64,000 nucleotides of DNA from positions 3,073 to 67,072 of the forward strand of contig JACRQE010000007.1 of assembly GCA_016222815.1 (NCBI GenBank). The letters run 5' to 3'. The notes below the pieces were generated by a model, which saw only the letters and a program-made list of their open reading frames with translations, did no database searches and was not told where the DNA came from. A program made the translations under genes and the position numbers. Source of the DNA: Candidatus Uhrbacteria bacterium (GTDB lineage: Bacteria; Patescibacteriota; Patescibacteriia; 2-12-FULL-60-25). This document shows, piece after piece, positions 1-10,201 of the stretch (its first letter is position 1; each line of letters opens with the position of its first letter).

Positions 1-68
1 GATTTCTTTATCTCATCCTCGCTCGCCCCTTTCTCGACACCTAGGATTTTGTAATAGTCTTTGGACAT
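1..68 (-). CDS. dnaJ: Chaperone DnaJ, N-terminal fragment (continues beyond window start)
   Basis: Hand translation of the minus strand from ATG at 68-66 gives MSKDYYKILGVEKGASEDEIKK, the canonical J-domain opening. Too short for the ORF track. Confidence 0.8.
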   Translation of the reverse strand, partial: MSKDYYKILGVEKGASEDEIKK

Positions 69-93
69 TAGCTTTCTAGTTCTTAAACATTCT

Positions 94-169
94 GTCATCC
101 CACGGCTTGACCGGGGGACCTTACAAACAGCAATTCAGGTAAGATTCCCCGGTTCAACCGGGGAACGAC
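94..169. repeat. Inverted pair of 27-nt palindromic elements (GTCATCCC..GGGGGACC and its reverse complement GATTCCCC..GGGAACGAC), 22-nt spacer
   Basis: 94-120 gtcatcccacggcttgaccgggggacc and 143-169 gattccccggttcaaccggggaacgac. Each has an internal hairpin and the two are mutually inverted. They explain the spurious ORF 61..264 (VIPRLDRGT). Confidence 0.75.
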
Positions 170-178
170 AGATTCTAA

Positions 179-472
179 TTACATTTTATTTTCCTCTACT
201 GGCGGTACAGCCCGCTCATACCTTACCTTTTCCCATTGCGTCAGTGTTTGGTCCAGCATTTTAATCAAATCGCGGGCCGTGAAATGGTTCAGGAAGATAC
301 GTCCAACAAGCTGGGCAGGTTGGTTGGCTGCGTTCACGTGGCTGAAAAAATCGATGGCCACATCGCGTTCCTGCGAAGTTATCGAGAAAGCATTGGCGTA
401 ACGGCCCTTTAATTCGTCGGTTTCCCCATGAAGAGTCGTTTGCTGCTGCGGCTGTTGTTGTTCGTCGGACAT
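179..472 (-). CDS. Small conserved protein, DUF3467-like (97 aa)
   Basis: ORF 179..691 trimmed to ATG at 472 (MSDEQQQPQQ...). The upstream part overlaps dnaK and is a translation of palindromic repeats. DUF3467 assignment is from memory, unverified. Confidence 0.55.
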   Translation of the reverse strand: MSDEQQQPQQQTTLHGETDELKGRYANAFSITSQERDVAIDFFSHVNAANQPAQLVGRIFLNHFTARDLIKMLDQTLTQWEKVRYERAVPPVEENKM

Positions 473-480
473 ATGTTTTT

Positions 481-529
481 GTAGGGGCAAGGCATGCCTT
501 GCCCCGGGCGACGCATGCGTCGCCCCTAC
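481..529 (-). terminator. Nested GCATGC-centred palindromes downstream of dnaK (putative intrinsic terminator / repeat element)
   Basis: Perfect 22-nt palindrome 484-505 (ggggcaaggcatgccttgcccc) and perfect 20-nt palindrome 506-525 (gggcgacgcatgcgtcgccc), enclosed by gtagggg (481-487) / cccctac (523-529). Confidence 0.55.
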
Positions 530-536
530 GAATAAA

Positions 537-2456
<1,920 letters not shown>

Positions 2457-2458
2457 AG

Positions 2459-2881
2459 TTATTTCACGTCAATCTTAATCGTTTTAGGTTTCGGTTCCTC
2501 CAGTTTATCGAGTTCAATCTTCAGGATGCCATCTTTGAATGAGGCTTTGGCGTTTTCCGTCTGCACGCCCGAGGGCAATGCCAACTGGCGCATGAACTGG
2601 CCGGAACGGATTTCTTTGCGGTAATAATCCTTCTCGTCGACTTCGGTCTTGCGCTCTGACTTGCCGCTGATGGTGAGGACGCCGTCATTGATGGAAAGCT
2701 CGACATCCTTCGGATTCACGCCCGGCAAAGCCGTTTCCACGACCAATGATTTACCTGAATCATAGACGTCTATCGCCGGCATCAAACCATTGCTGCGCGA
2801 CGGATTGCTCGGCATTCCGTCAAAGAACTTATCCATGCCCTCGAAAGGTTCAAAGAAAGGAGACCATTTGATGAGTGACAT
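2459..2881 (-). CDS. Hsp20 / alpha-crystallin family small heat-shock protein
   Basis: 140 aa with an alpha-crystallin core ([21 protein letters not shown]...GVLTISG...GILKIEL). Sits between grpE and dnaK. Confidence 0.9.
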   Translation of the reverse strand: MSLIKWSPFFEPFEGMDKFFDGMPSNPSRSNGLMPAIDVYDSGKSLVVETALPGVNPKDVELSINDGVLTISGKSERKTEVDEKDYYRKEIRSGQFMRQLALPSGVQTENAKASFKDGILKIELDKLEEPKPKTIKIDVK

Positions 2882-2895
2882 ATATTTTATTGGTT

Positions 2896-2939
2896 GTCGT
2901 CCTGAGCGTAGGCCGTCAGACGGCCGTAGCCGAAGGATC
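2896..2939. repeat. Dispersed palindromic element, family S (GTCRTCCTGA..cgtcagacg..GAAGGAYC), full-length copy
   Basis: gtcgtcctgagcgtaggccgtcagacggccgtagccgaaggatc, with central hairpin ggccg-tcaga-cggcc. Overlaps the last codons and the stop of grpE. Confidence 0.8.
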
Positions 2940-3500
2940 TTTATTAACTGGTTTAGAGACGCTTACTCTCGCCGGACGCAGGAGCTTCCCATTCAGCCTC
3001 CAGCCTGACTGGATCGCCCTGACGACATTCCCTTCTTCGACTGTTTCCGACGGTTCATGCGCCACGGCTTCATGAATCAGAGGGTCGAACGCGCCATCGG
3101 TCGGGACTTTCTCCAATCCGATGTCCTTAAATACCGTTTCCCATGAACCGCGTACCGCCTGCAGTCCTGTTATCCAGTTCGTAAGCTTCTTCTTGTCGTC
3201 TTCCGGAAGGCTGGATGTGTCAGGCGTGAATGCGAGCGCCGTCTCAAACTGGTCAATGGCCGGCAAAAGCCGTTCCAGTAACCTTTCGTTTGCGTACATC
3301 GCGAATTCAGCCTTCTCCTTATCCGTCTCGCGTTTCAGATTCGCATAATCAGCCTGCGCGCGCTTCCAACCCGCTAGATAGTCTGGGCATTTGGCGCAAT
3401 CATCAGGTTCCTGACCTTGTGATTCTCCTTGCTTGTCGTCCTGAGCTTGTCGAAGGACCTTTTCTAGTGGTTCTTTTTCCAATTCATCGTTCATATTCAT
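2916..3500 (-). CDS. grpE: Nucleotide exchange factor GrpE
   Basis: 194 aa with a GrpE coiled-coil plus beta-domain (..LLPAIDQFETAL.., ..GWRLNGKLLRPARVSVS). 4-nt overlap with hrcA. Confidence 0.93.
   Translation of the reverse strand: MNMNDELEKEPLEKVLRQAQDDKQGESQGQEPDDCAKCPDYLAGWKRAQADYANLKRETDKEKAEFAMYANERLLERLLPAIDQFETALAFTPDTSSLPEDDKKKLTNWITGLQAVRGSWETVFKDIGLEKVPTDGAFDPLIHEAVAHEPSETVEEGNVVRAIQSGWRLNGKLLRPARVSVSKPVNKDPSATAV
3435..3459. repeat. Family S element, core-less 25-nt copy inside grpE coding sequence
   Basis: gtcgtcctgagcttgtcgaaggacc, translated in frame on the minus strand as KVLRQAQDDK in the variable GrpE N-terminus. Confidence 0.7.
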
Positions 3501-4177
3501 TTCAATCGTTGTTTAATGGCCAGCATGAGCGCGCAGGCTTTGGCATAATCCATGCGCATCGGACCCAAGAATCCCAAAAACGTCCCGTCATCTAAAGTCA
3601 GCATGACCGAACCGCAGATGGAACCGAAAGGACATTCGCGCCCGATCATGATTGTCGGATCCATGAACGTCTTCTGCCTGATGGCCTGCAGCATGTCGTC
3701 CAGCTGGTCGAGTATGCCGCTGAAATTCACGACCCTGCTCCAATCCCCGAATTCCGGTTGTGCGAACAGCTGTGATAACCCGGTGTAATAAGTATCCGCC
3801 GTGTGGAGCCCAAGAACGACTGCATTGCCCATGCTCTCCGCCGCGAACTTCGCCGCTGCTTTGCTTTTTTGGTCATCCGTCTCCGCTATGTCGATGGCTT
3901 TTTCCAGATCCTGCAGCTCGCGCTTGTTCAAAGTCCGCTTATGCATCAGTTCCTCGACATAAAGTTTATAACCTTTTTCGGTCGGCAACCTTCCGGATGA
4001 TGTATGCGTCTGGGCCAGATAACCCTGTTCTTCCAGTTCAGCGAACCAATTCCTGACTGTCGCCGAAGACATCTCCAGCTCGTACTCTTCGACCAGATGC
4101 TGCGAACCTACCGGGTTGCCGGTCTGGATCACATCTTCGATGGCCACGGCCAACAGTTTTTTCAGGCGTTCATCCAT
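3497..4177 (-). CDS. hrcA: Heat-inducible transcription repressor HrcA (compact, 226 aa)
   Basis: N-terminal winged helix (..VGSQHLVEEYELEMSSATVRNWFAELEEQGYL..SSGRLPTEKGY..) and C-terminal ..GFLGPMRMDY.. motif. A CIRCE operator lies directly upstream. Confidence 0.85.
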   Translation of the reverse strand: MDERLKKLLAVAIEDVIQTGNPVGSQHLVEEYELEMSSATVRNWFAELEEQGYLAQTHTSSGRLPTEKGYKLYVEELMHKRTLNKRELQDLEKAIDIAETDDQKSKAAAKFAAESMGNAVVLGLHTADTYYTGLSQLFAQPEFGDWSRVVNFSGILDQLDDMLQAIRQKTFMDPTIMIGRECPFGSICGSVMLTLDDGTFLGFLGPMRMDYAKACALMLAIKQRLK

Positions 4178-4179
4178 GG

Positions 4180-4206
4180 TTAGCAGTCAATAAATTTGAC
4201 TGCTAA
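4180..4206 (-). promoter_or_regulatory. CIRCE operator (TTAGCAGTC-N9-GACTGCTAA)
   Basis: Perfect 9-nt inverted repeat with a 9-nt spacer, matching the CIRCE consensus TTAGCACTC-N9-GAGTGCTAA in 8 of 9 positions per arm. Ends 2 nt from the hrcA ATG. Confidence 0.9.
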
Positions 4207-4235
4207 AGATTAACGCGCCACTAAAAGCGCGTCAA
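4207..4235 (-). promoter_or_regulatory. Sigma-70-type promoter of the hrcA operon (TTGACG-17-TAATCT)
   Basis: On the minus strand: -35 at 4235-4230, 17-nt spacer, -10 at 4212-4207, abutting CIRCE. Confidence 0.55.
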
Positions 4236-4277
4236 GGGCTTGAAAACAGCTCTGTTGATAGGAAAAAGTCAGCGTTT

Positions 4278-4808
4278 TCAAAGCCTATACATCCTCACGT
4301 TCCCGACTTCTTTTTCTGGGGATACCTCCGGAAAACTGAAAGCGTGTGAAATGATTCTGGTGCCAGGACGCAGTTCATTTTTCAACTTCGTCCATAACGG
4401 CCTCATCTTCTCCGGCATCCCGTACACGAAAACCACCTGCGTCATGTCAGGAAATCTGTAATGCCACAAATCAGCGCGGACGAACGTCGCCTTATCCGTA
4501 AGGTCTTTCCGCTTTGACTTGAAGTTTGAAAGCCAAACAAGCAGTGGGTTGATCTCCAACCCGACTGCATTCGCTCCCCTGGTCGCCGCCAGGATGCACA
4601 AATCGCCATTCCCTGATCCCAAATCCAAAATCGTCATCCCCTCTTCCACGTTTGCCAAATCCAACATGGTCAAAATCTTCTTTTTGCCTGAATGCACGTA
4701 CGGAGCGAACGAGATGGTCGCAAAAAGCGAATACACTGCATACACCAGCATGAATATCAAAAAAATGATGAGTGCCGCTTCAAGCAATGTCGCAAACCAC
4801 AGGTTCAT
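4278..4808 (-). CDS. Class I SAM-dependent methyltransferase with N-terminal TM helix
   Basis: 176 aa with a hydrophobic N-terminus followed by SAM motif I ILDLGSGNGDL. Confidence 0.7.
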   Translation of the reverse strand: MNLWFATLLEAALIIFLIFMLVYAVYSLFATISFAPYVHSGKKKILTMLDLANVEEGMTILDLGSGNGDLCILAATRGANAVGLEINPLLVWLSNFKSKRKDLTDKATFVRADLWHYRFPDMTQVVFVYGMPEKMRPLWTKLKNELRPGTRIISHAFSFPEVSPEKEVGNVRMYRL

Positions 4809-4820
4809 TACTTTATCGTT

Positions 4821-6059
4821 TTACTCATACCTTAAAGCTTCGATCGGTTTGAGCTTTGCCGCCTTACGCGCCGGAAAATAGCCGAAGATGATGCCAATAG
4901 CGACTGAAACCCCGAAACCCATTCCCACGCCAGACCACGGGACAGAGAATGTCCAGCCTTGTTGGTAGGCGGCAAGCCCCTTAAGTCCGATCCAGGACAA
5001 TCCGACGCCGCATGCGACGCCGATAAGGCCTGCAAAAACCGACAAGAGAAGGGCTTCGTAGAGGAATTGACGCAAGATGTCGCCATACAATGCACCAATG
5101 GCTTTCCGTAAACCAATCTCACGCGTCCGCTCGGTGACCGTGACGTACATTATGTTCATGATTCCCACGCCTCCGACGATGAGTGAGATGGCGGCAATCG
5201 AACTCAACAAAACCCCCAAAATCGTACCGATTGCTCCGGCGCGCTCAGCCGTATCTTCCTGCGAACCGATGAAGAAATCATCCTTCGACAGATCCCCTGT
5301 CGGATTATCGATACGATGGAGATCCCGCAAAAGCACACGGACGCGTTCCTTGGCCTCATTCGTAGCTACGCTGCCGGTTTTAACGTTGATGAATTGGATG
5401 TGTTCCATGTTGAACTCTTCCATCATGGTCGTGTACGGGATATAAGCCTGCCTGTCCAGGTTTGTGAAGAAGCGCGTTCCTGCCGGCTTCAGGACGCCGA
5501 TGACCTTATATGAACGCTTGCTTATTTTGATCGTCTTGCCGAGCGAATCTTCTTCGCCGAACAGGTCTTTGGCCAAATCCATGCCGAGTACCGCAATGTT
5601 CGCTTTCGCGTCTACATCCTCAAGCGTGAAGAAGCTCCCCCTGTCTACTTCAGCGTTGTACATCACGAGTCCGTTCTCGGCCACGCCTGCGATTTGCGAA
5701 CGGATGGTTTCGCTCGAATATTCGACGTTCACGTTATTGAACAGGTTGGCGCTGGCTAACCTGACCCAGCCTTGCTGCTTGAGCCGCTTATAATCCTTGA
5801 CCGTCAGCGTCTGCTTGACGACCGAGGTCGGCGGACCGGAGCTCTGTTTGCCGTCCCCGGAACCGCTGCGGATGATGAGCATATCCGAGCCGAACGACGC
5901 GACCTGGGACATGATGAAACTTTCCGCGGCATTGCCCACGGACATCATCAAGATAACCGACGAGATGCCGATGATGATACCGAGCATGGTCAAAGCCGCG
6001 CGGCTTTTGTTTCGCGTGAGGCTTGCCATGCTTATCTTGATGACGTCTCTGAGCAACAT
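4821..6059 (-). CDS. ABC transporter permease, MacB/FtsX family (paralogue 2)
   Basis: 412 aa with an N-terminal TM, a large extracytoplasmic domain and a C-terminal FtsX-type 3-TM bundle (..ERTREIGLRKAIGA..PARKAAKLKPIEALRYE). Confidence 0.9.
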   Translation of the reverse strand: MLLRDVIKISMASLTRNKSRAALTMLGIIIGISSVILMMSVGNAAESFIMSQVASFGSDMLIIRSGSGDGKQSSGPPTSVVKQTLTVKDYKRLKQQGWVRLASANLFNNVNVEYSSETIRSQIAGVAENGLVMYNAEVDRGSFFTLEDVDAKANIAVLGMDLAKDLFGEEDSLGKTIKISKRSYKVIGVLKPAGTRFFTNLDRQAYIPYTTMMEEFNMEHIQFINVKTGSVATNEAKERVRVLLRDLHRIDNPTGDLSKDDFFIGSQEDTAERAGAIGTILGVLLSSIAAISLIVGGVGIMNIMYVTVTERTREIGLRKAIGALYGDILRQFLYEALLLSVFAGLIGVACGVGLSWIGLKGLAAYQQGWTFSVPWSGVGMGFGVSVAIGIIFGYFPARKAAKLKPIEALRYE

Positions 6060-6063
6060 GTGT

Positions 6064-7302
6064 TTATTCCGCCCTCAAAGCTTCGATCGGGCTTAGTTTG
6101 GCTGCTTTACGCGCCGGCAAGTAGCCGAACAGCAGACCGATGGCCGTCGAAACTCCGGCACCCAACAGCACTCCCCGCCAAGATACGATGTACACCCAGC
6201 CCGGCGTGTAGTGGTTGATGATCTGTATCGCGATATATGCGACCAACGAACCGAAGATTATCCCAGCCAAACCGCCGACTACTGTCAGCATGGTGGCTTC
6301 GGCCAGGAACTGGCGCAAAACATCGCTGAATTTCGCGCCAATGGCTTTCCGCAGGCCAATTTCCGAAATGCGTTCCGTCACGCTCACGAACATGATGTTC
6401 ATGATCCCGATACCTCCGACCAGCAGGGAAATCGCGGCGATGGATGACAACAGAATCTGCAGTACTGACGTAATCTGGTTCACGGTTTTGACTGCATCCG
6501 CCTGGGTCATGATGAAAAAATCATCCTTGGTCAAATCGCCCTCCGGGTTGTCGAGGTTGTGTAGGTCGCGCATGATTTCCTCGATGCGCCGCTGGGCCTC
6601 ATCCAGCGGAATCGTGGTCTTGGCGTAGATGTATTCGAAATGCTCCTTGGCATATAGATCCATCATTGTCGTCGCCGGGATATAGACCATGTCGTCCAAG
6701 TTCTGGAAGAATTGCGTCCCTGCCTTGTTCATCACGCCCAAGATGCGGTATGAATTCGTCCCGAGCTTGATGCTTTTGCCCACCGCTTCGTTTTGGCCGA
6801 AAATTTCCTCCGCCAAAGTGTACCCGAGTACGGCGACACGGGAATGGCCCTCAATATCCGGATCACTGAGGAAAAAGCCGGATTTCATGCCATATCCACC
6901 GATTTCTATCTCATCCGGCGTCGTCCCGACTATGGTCACGTTCTTGTTGGTCCCCTGGGCCATCAGCATGTCAGTTTGGATCAAATCCGCCGAGACCAGC
7001 GGCAACCACGGACCGGCCTTGCGCAGTCGTTTATAGTCCTTGTAAGTCAGCGTCATCTCGACGAACGGACTCGGGTTATCGGTTATGGATTTTGGTCCAG
7101 GATGGACGATGAGCTTATCCGGCCCGAAACTCGAAAGTTGCGACAGTATGAAGGCCTGGGCCGCTTCTCCGATGGACATCGCCAAAATGACCGCCGAGAT
7201 GCCGATCACGATGCCGAGCATCGTGAGGAGCGATCGGTTACGCGTGCGGCGCAGGCTTTGCCAGGCGCTTTGGGTTAGATCGCTGAATGTCATACCGGTC
7301 AC
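6064..7302 (-). CDS. ABC transporter permease, MacB/FtsX family (paralogue 1)
   Basis: 412 aa with the same architecture and motifs (..ERISEIGLRKAIGA..PARKAAKLSPIEALRAE). Tandem duplicate of the neighbouring permease. Confidence 0.9.
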   Translation of the reverse strand: MTGMTFSDLTQSAWQSLRRTRNRSLLTMLGIVIGISAVILAMSIGEAAQAFILSQLSSFGPDKLIVHPGPKSITDNPSPFVEMTLTYKDYKRLRKAGPWLPLVSADLIQTDMLMAQGTNKNVTIVGTTPDEIEIGGYGMKSGFFLSDPDIEGHSRVAVLGYTLAEEIFGQNEAVGKSIKLGTNSYRILGVMNKAGTQFFQNLDDMVYIPATTMMDLYAKEHFEYIYAKTTIPLDEAQRRIEEIMRDLHNLDNPEGDLTKDDFFIMTQADAVKTVNQITSVLQILLSSIAAISLLVGGIGIMNIMFVSVTERISEIGLRKAIGAKFSDVLRQFLAEATMLTVVGGLAGIIFGSLVAYIAIQIINHYTPGWVYIVSWRGVLLGAGVSTAIGLLFGYLPARKAAKLSPIEALRAE

Positions 7303-8033
7303 TTCTTGAGTTCGTCCCCGTCCGAAGCTATAAAACGCTTGCTGACCAAATCGTCTTTAACCAACAACCCATCCTTGATTTTGATGATTCTCTCGGCATG
7401 TTCGGCCGTATATGTCTCGTGGGTGACCAGGATGATCGTATGGCCTCGCTCCCTTTCGAGATCCTGGAGGATGCGCATGACCTGTGCACCAGACTTCGAG
7501 TCAAGGTTGCCCGTAGGTTCGTCCGCAAATATGACAGGCGGTCTTCGGATCAAAGCCCTGGCGATGGCGACACGCTGCCTTTCTCCTCCTGACAATTGGT
7601 TTGACAGGTTCAAGGCTCGATGTCCCAATCCTACAGATTCGATCGCCAACATCGCCATTTCCTTCCGTTTTCCCGGCGGCACATCTGAATACAGCAGGGG
7701 CAGCATGACATTATCCAGTACCGACGTCTTAGGCAAAAGATTGAAGGCTTGGAATATGAATCCGACTTTTTCACCTCGCATTTGGGCCAATTGGTCTTCG
7801 TCCAAGGTCGAGACGTCTCGTCCCTCGAAGAAATATTTTCCGCCCGTCAACCCGTCCAAAAAACCCAAGATATGCATGAGCGTCGATTTTCCTGAACCGG
7901 AAGGCCCCATGATAGCCACGAACTGACCTTTCGGAATCATAAAATCTATGCCGTGCAGGACCGGCGTCTCTATGCCTTCGTTGAAATAGCTCTTTTTAAG
8001 TCCTTCTACTCGTATGACTTCATCATTAGGCAT
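7299..8033 (-). CDS. ABC transporter ATP-binding protein (MacB/LolD-type)
   Basis: Walker A GPSGSGKST, signature LSGGERQRV and Walker B IFADEPTGNLD. 4-nt overlap with the permease gene. Confidence 0.95.
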   Translation of the reverse strand: MPNDEVIRVEGLKKSYFNEGIETPVLHGIDFMIPKGQFVAIMGPSGSGKSTLMHILGFLDGLTGGKYFFEGRDVSTLDEDQLAQMRGEKVGFIFQAFNLLPKTSVLDNVMLPLLYSDVPPGKRKEMAMLAIESVGLGHRALNLSNQLSGGERQRVAIARALIRRPPVIFADEPTGNLDSKSGAQVMRILQDLERERGHTIILVTHETYTAEHAERIIKIKDGLLVKDDLVSKRFIASDGDELKK

Positions 8034-8058
8034 AAAATCGGTTCTCCTTGAGCTTGCA

Positions 8059-9900
8059 TCACGACCCGGTCTTTTCGCTGGCGATCACCTGGTCGCCTTC
8101 GGATAATCCCGATTTCACTTCTACCTTGCCTTCATCGCCCTTTATGCCGATGGTAATGGTCTTATCTTGCGGTTTGCCGTCCAAGAGGATGCGCACTGTT
8201 TTCGTTCCTCCATTCGCGGTTTTGATGGTCCGTAATGGTATGATCATGGCGTTCTTGACCTCCGCGGTCGTTACAATCACGTTGGCCGTCATTTTCGGTT
8301 TGACCTCTTTGCCTTGGGGATCTATCTGTACACGGATTTTATAATAGACCGCATCTTGGACCATTGTCTCTGCGGGATCCTTAGCTGTCACCGAACCCAC
8401 GAATTTGACCTCATCGCCATAAGCATCAAGTGTAATCTCTGCCGTTTGGCCGACGGAAATCTTCGCAATATCCGTTTCCGGTACATTAGCTTCGATATCG
8501 TACGAGCTCGTCCCCACCATTCGGACTGCCGTCGTATTCATCACAATTTGTTCCCCCACATCAGGCAGGACTTCCGAAACAATACCGTCGACAGGTGCCA
8601 GGATTTGGACATCCTCCAGGTCGTTCATGGCTTTTTCGTAGTTGACCTGCGCCTGCATGACTGTCGCACGCAGCGAAGCCAAATCTACAGCTCTCGGCCC
8701 TGCCTTTTTCTGATCTAGGCTGGCTTTTGCCGCATCTACCGCCGCCTGCTGCACGGTGACGTTTGTCTGTGCTGATTTTACCTGGACATCCGCATTGGTT
8801 TTTGCCGTATCCCAAGCCACTTGGGCCGTCCTGACTGCGTCCTGCAATTGCTGGACGGTCTGCGTTTTCGCGAGTTCTGAATTTTTGATGGTCTGGACAG
8901 CGCCTTCCACGATTGTCTTCTGCGAAGATACCGATGTCCTGTCCGCATCTATTGTCGTCTTTTTTGCCGTCAAATCAGTTGTCGTGAAATAAGAACTCGT
9001 CAGGCTGGCTGCCAAAACTTTCTGGACGTCGGACAGGTAAGCCTGGACCAGAGTCACCGCGTTCTGCACCAAATCCGCAGCAGCTAAAATCGCTTCCTTG
9101 CTGGAAGATGCAGTCAATCCCTTGACAGCTGTTTCGGCGACAGCCTTAGCGCTCTTAGCTGCAGCATACGAGCTTTTAGCCCTGTCCATGGAACCCAAGT
9201 CCAAGATGCCCAATAGGCTCGAGTAGTAAGAGTTAGCCGCCGAATTGTCCACGCCGATTATCTGGTCGCCGTCAGTCAGTCCGGTCTGCAAAGGTCCCAA
9301 AGCACTCAATAGGGTCGAGCGCGAGGTATCATAAGCGTTCTGTGTCGTTTGGCTTGCGATAGCATCCGCATTCGTAAGGCTGTTCTGCGCCGTCTCGAAC
9401 GAAATTTGGGCTACCGTGACCGCATCGGCCGACGTTTTCCTTATTGAATCCAAATCATTCAATGCCTTCTCCAAAGAAGCTTGGGCTTGTTCAACTTGGG
9501 TTTCGCTCACCCGAATCGATTGCTTCGTCTCACCCGCGATTTTCGCATCCAGATTCGCCTGCGCGATGGACAATGCCGCCTTGGCATTCTGGACCGCGAA
9601 ATGAGCATCTTGTGCATCGAGTTCGGCCAGGATATCGCCGACTTTGACCGTATCCCCGACTTTCACATTGACGGCACTGATTTTTCCGCTGTTCCTGAAA
9701 GCTAAATCAATCCTCTCCGCCGGCTTGATCTCGCCCGTGACTTCCACCGTCTGCTTCAGGTCTTGCTTGGCCACCGCTACAGTCTCGTAGGTCGTTTTCC
9801 CCGACTGGCTTTTGCCGTACCAAAGCCATCCTGCTCCTGCCAAAACCAAAATCAGGACGATGTAGGTACTTTTCCGTTTTAAGAATGTAGGTATCGCCAT
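8059..9900 (-). CDS. HlyD/MacA-family periplasmic adaptor with very long helical insert (613 aa)
   Basis: N-terminal TM and lipoyl-like halves (VKVGDTVKVGDILAELD ... VQILAPVDGIV) separated by about 340 aa of Ala/Gln/Thr-rich helical sequence, plus a C-terminal beta-barrel domain. Confidence 0.85.
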   Translation of the reverse strand: MAIPTFLKRKSTYIVLILVLAGAGWLWYGKSQSGKTTYETVAVAKQDLKQTVEVTGEIKPAERIDLAFRNSGKISAVNVKVGDTVKVGDILAELDAQDAHFAVQNAKAALSIAQANLDAKIAGETKQSIRVSETQVEQAQASLEKALNDLDSIRKTSADAVTVAQISFETAQNSLTNADAIASQTTQNAYDTSRSTLLSALGPLQTGLTDGDQIIGVDNSAANSYYSSLLGILDLGSMDRAKSSYAAAKSAKAVAETAVKGLTASSSKEAILAAADLVQNAVTLVQAYLSDVQKVLAASLTSSYFTTTDLTAKKTTIDADRTSVSSQKTIVEGAVQTIKNSELAKTQTVQQLQDAVRTAQVAWDTAKTNADVQVKSAQTNVTVQQAAVDAAKASLDQKKAGPRAVDLASLRATVMQAQVNYEKAMNDLEDVQILAPVDGIVSEVLPDVGEQIVMNTTAVRMVGTSSYDIEANVPETDIAKISVGQTAEITLDAYGDEVKFVGSVTAKDPAETMVQDAVYYKIRVQIDPQGKEVKPKMTANVIVTTAEVKNAMIIPLRTIKTANGGTKTVRILLDGKPQDKTITIGIKGDEGKVEVKSGLSEGDQVIASEKTGS

Positions 9901-9902
9901 AT

Positions 9903-10154
9903 TTATGTCTTCAATAGTTTATCCGCCTCGGTAAGTCGCTTATGCATCTCTTTCATTATCGACTTCATTTTGTCTGCCGGGACCAGTATCAACGATCCGT
10001 TGCCGTGGTGGATGACCATCATTTTGGAGCCGGCTTTCAGATCGAGCATGTCACGCATCTTTTTTGGGATCACGATCTGCCCGCGCTCCCCCATGACCGT
10101 GATATCGAGCATGTCCGGCATTATCATTGATTTTCCGTTGCTTTTGGTTTTCAT
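9903..10154 (-). CDS. AbrB/SpoVT/MazE-family DNA-binding protein
   Basis: GERGQIVIPKKMRDMLDLKAGSKMMV is a swapped-hairpin AbrB motif. Start placed at ATG 10154; the ORF track's GTG start at 10205 is an alternative. Confidence 0.7.
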   Translation of the reverse strand: MKTKSNGKSMIMPDMLDITVMGERGQIVIPKKMRDMLDLKAGSKMMVIHHGNGSLILVPADKMKSIMKEMHKRLTEADKLLKT

Positions 10155-10201
10155 ACAAGTATGATTCTGAAGACTTAACCATCCATGACGAATCTTGTCA
10201 A

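Noticed and set aside
61-264. 67-aa plus-strand ORF (..VIPRLDRGT..RFPGSTGER..)
   Set aside because: It is a translation of the inverted palindromic repeat pair at 94-169 and overlaps the DUF3467 gene on the other strand.
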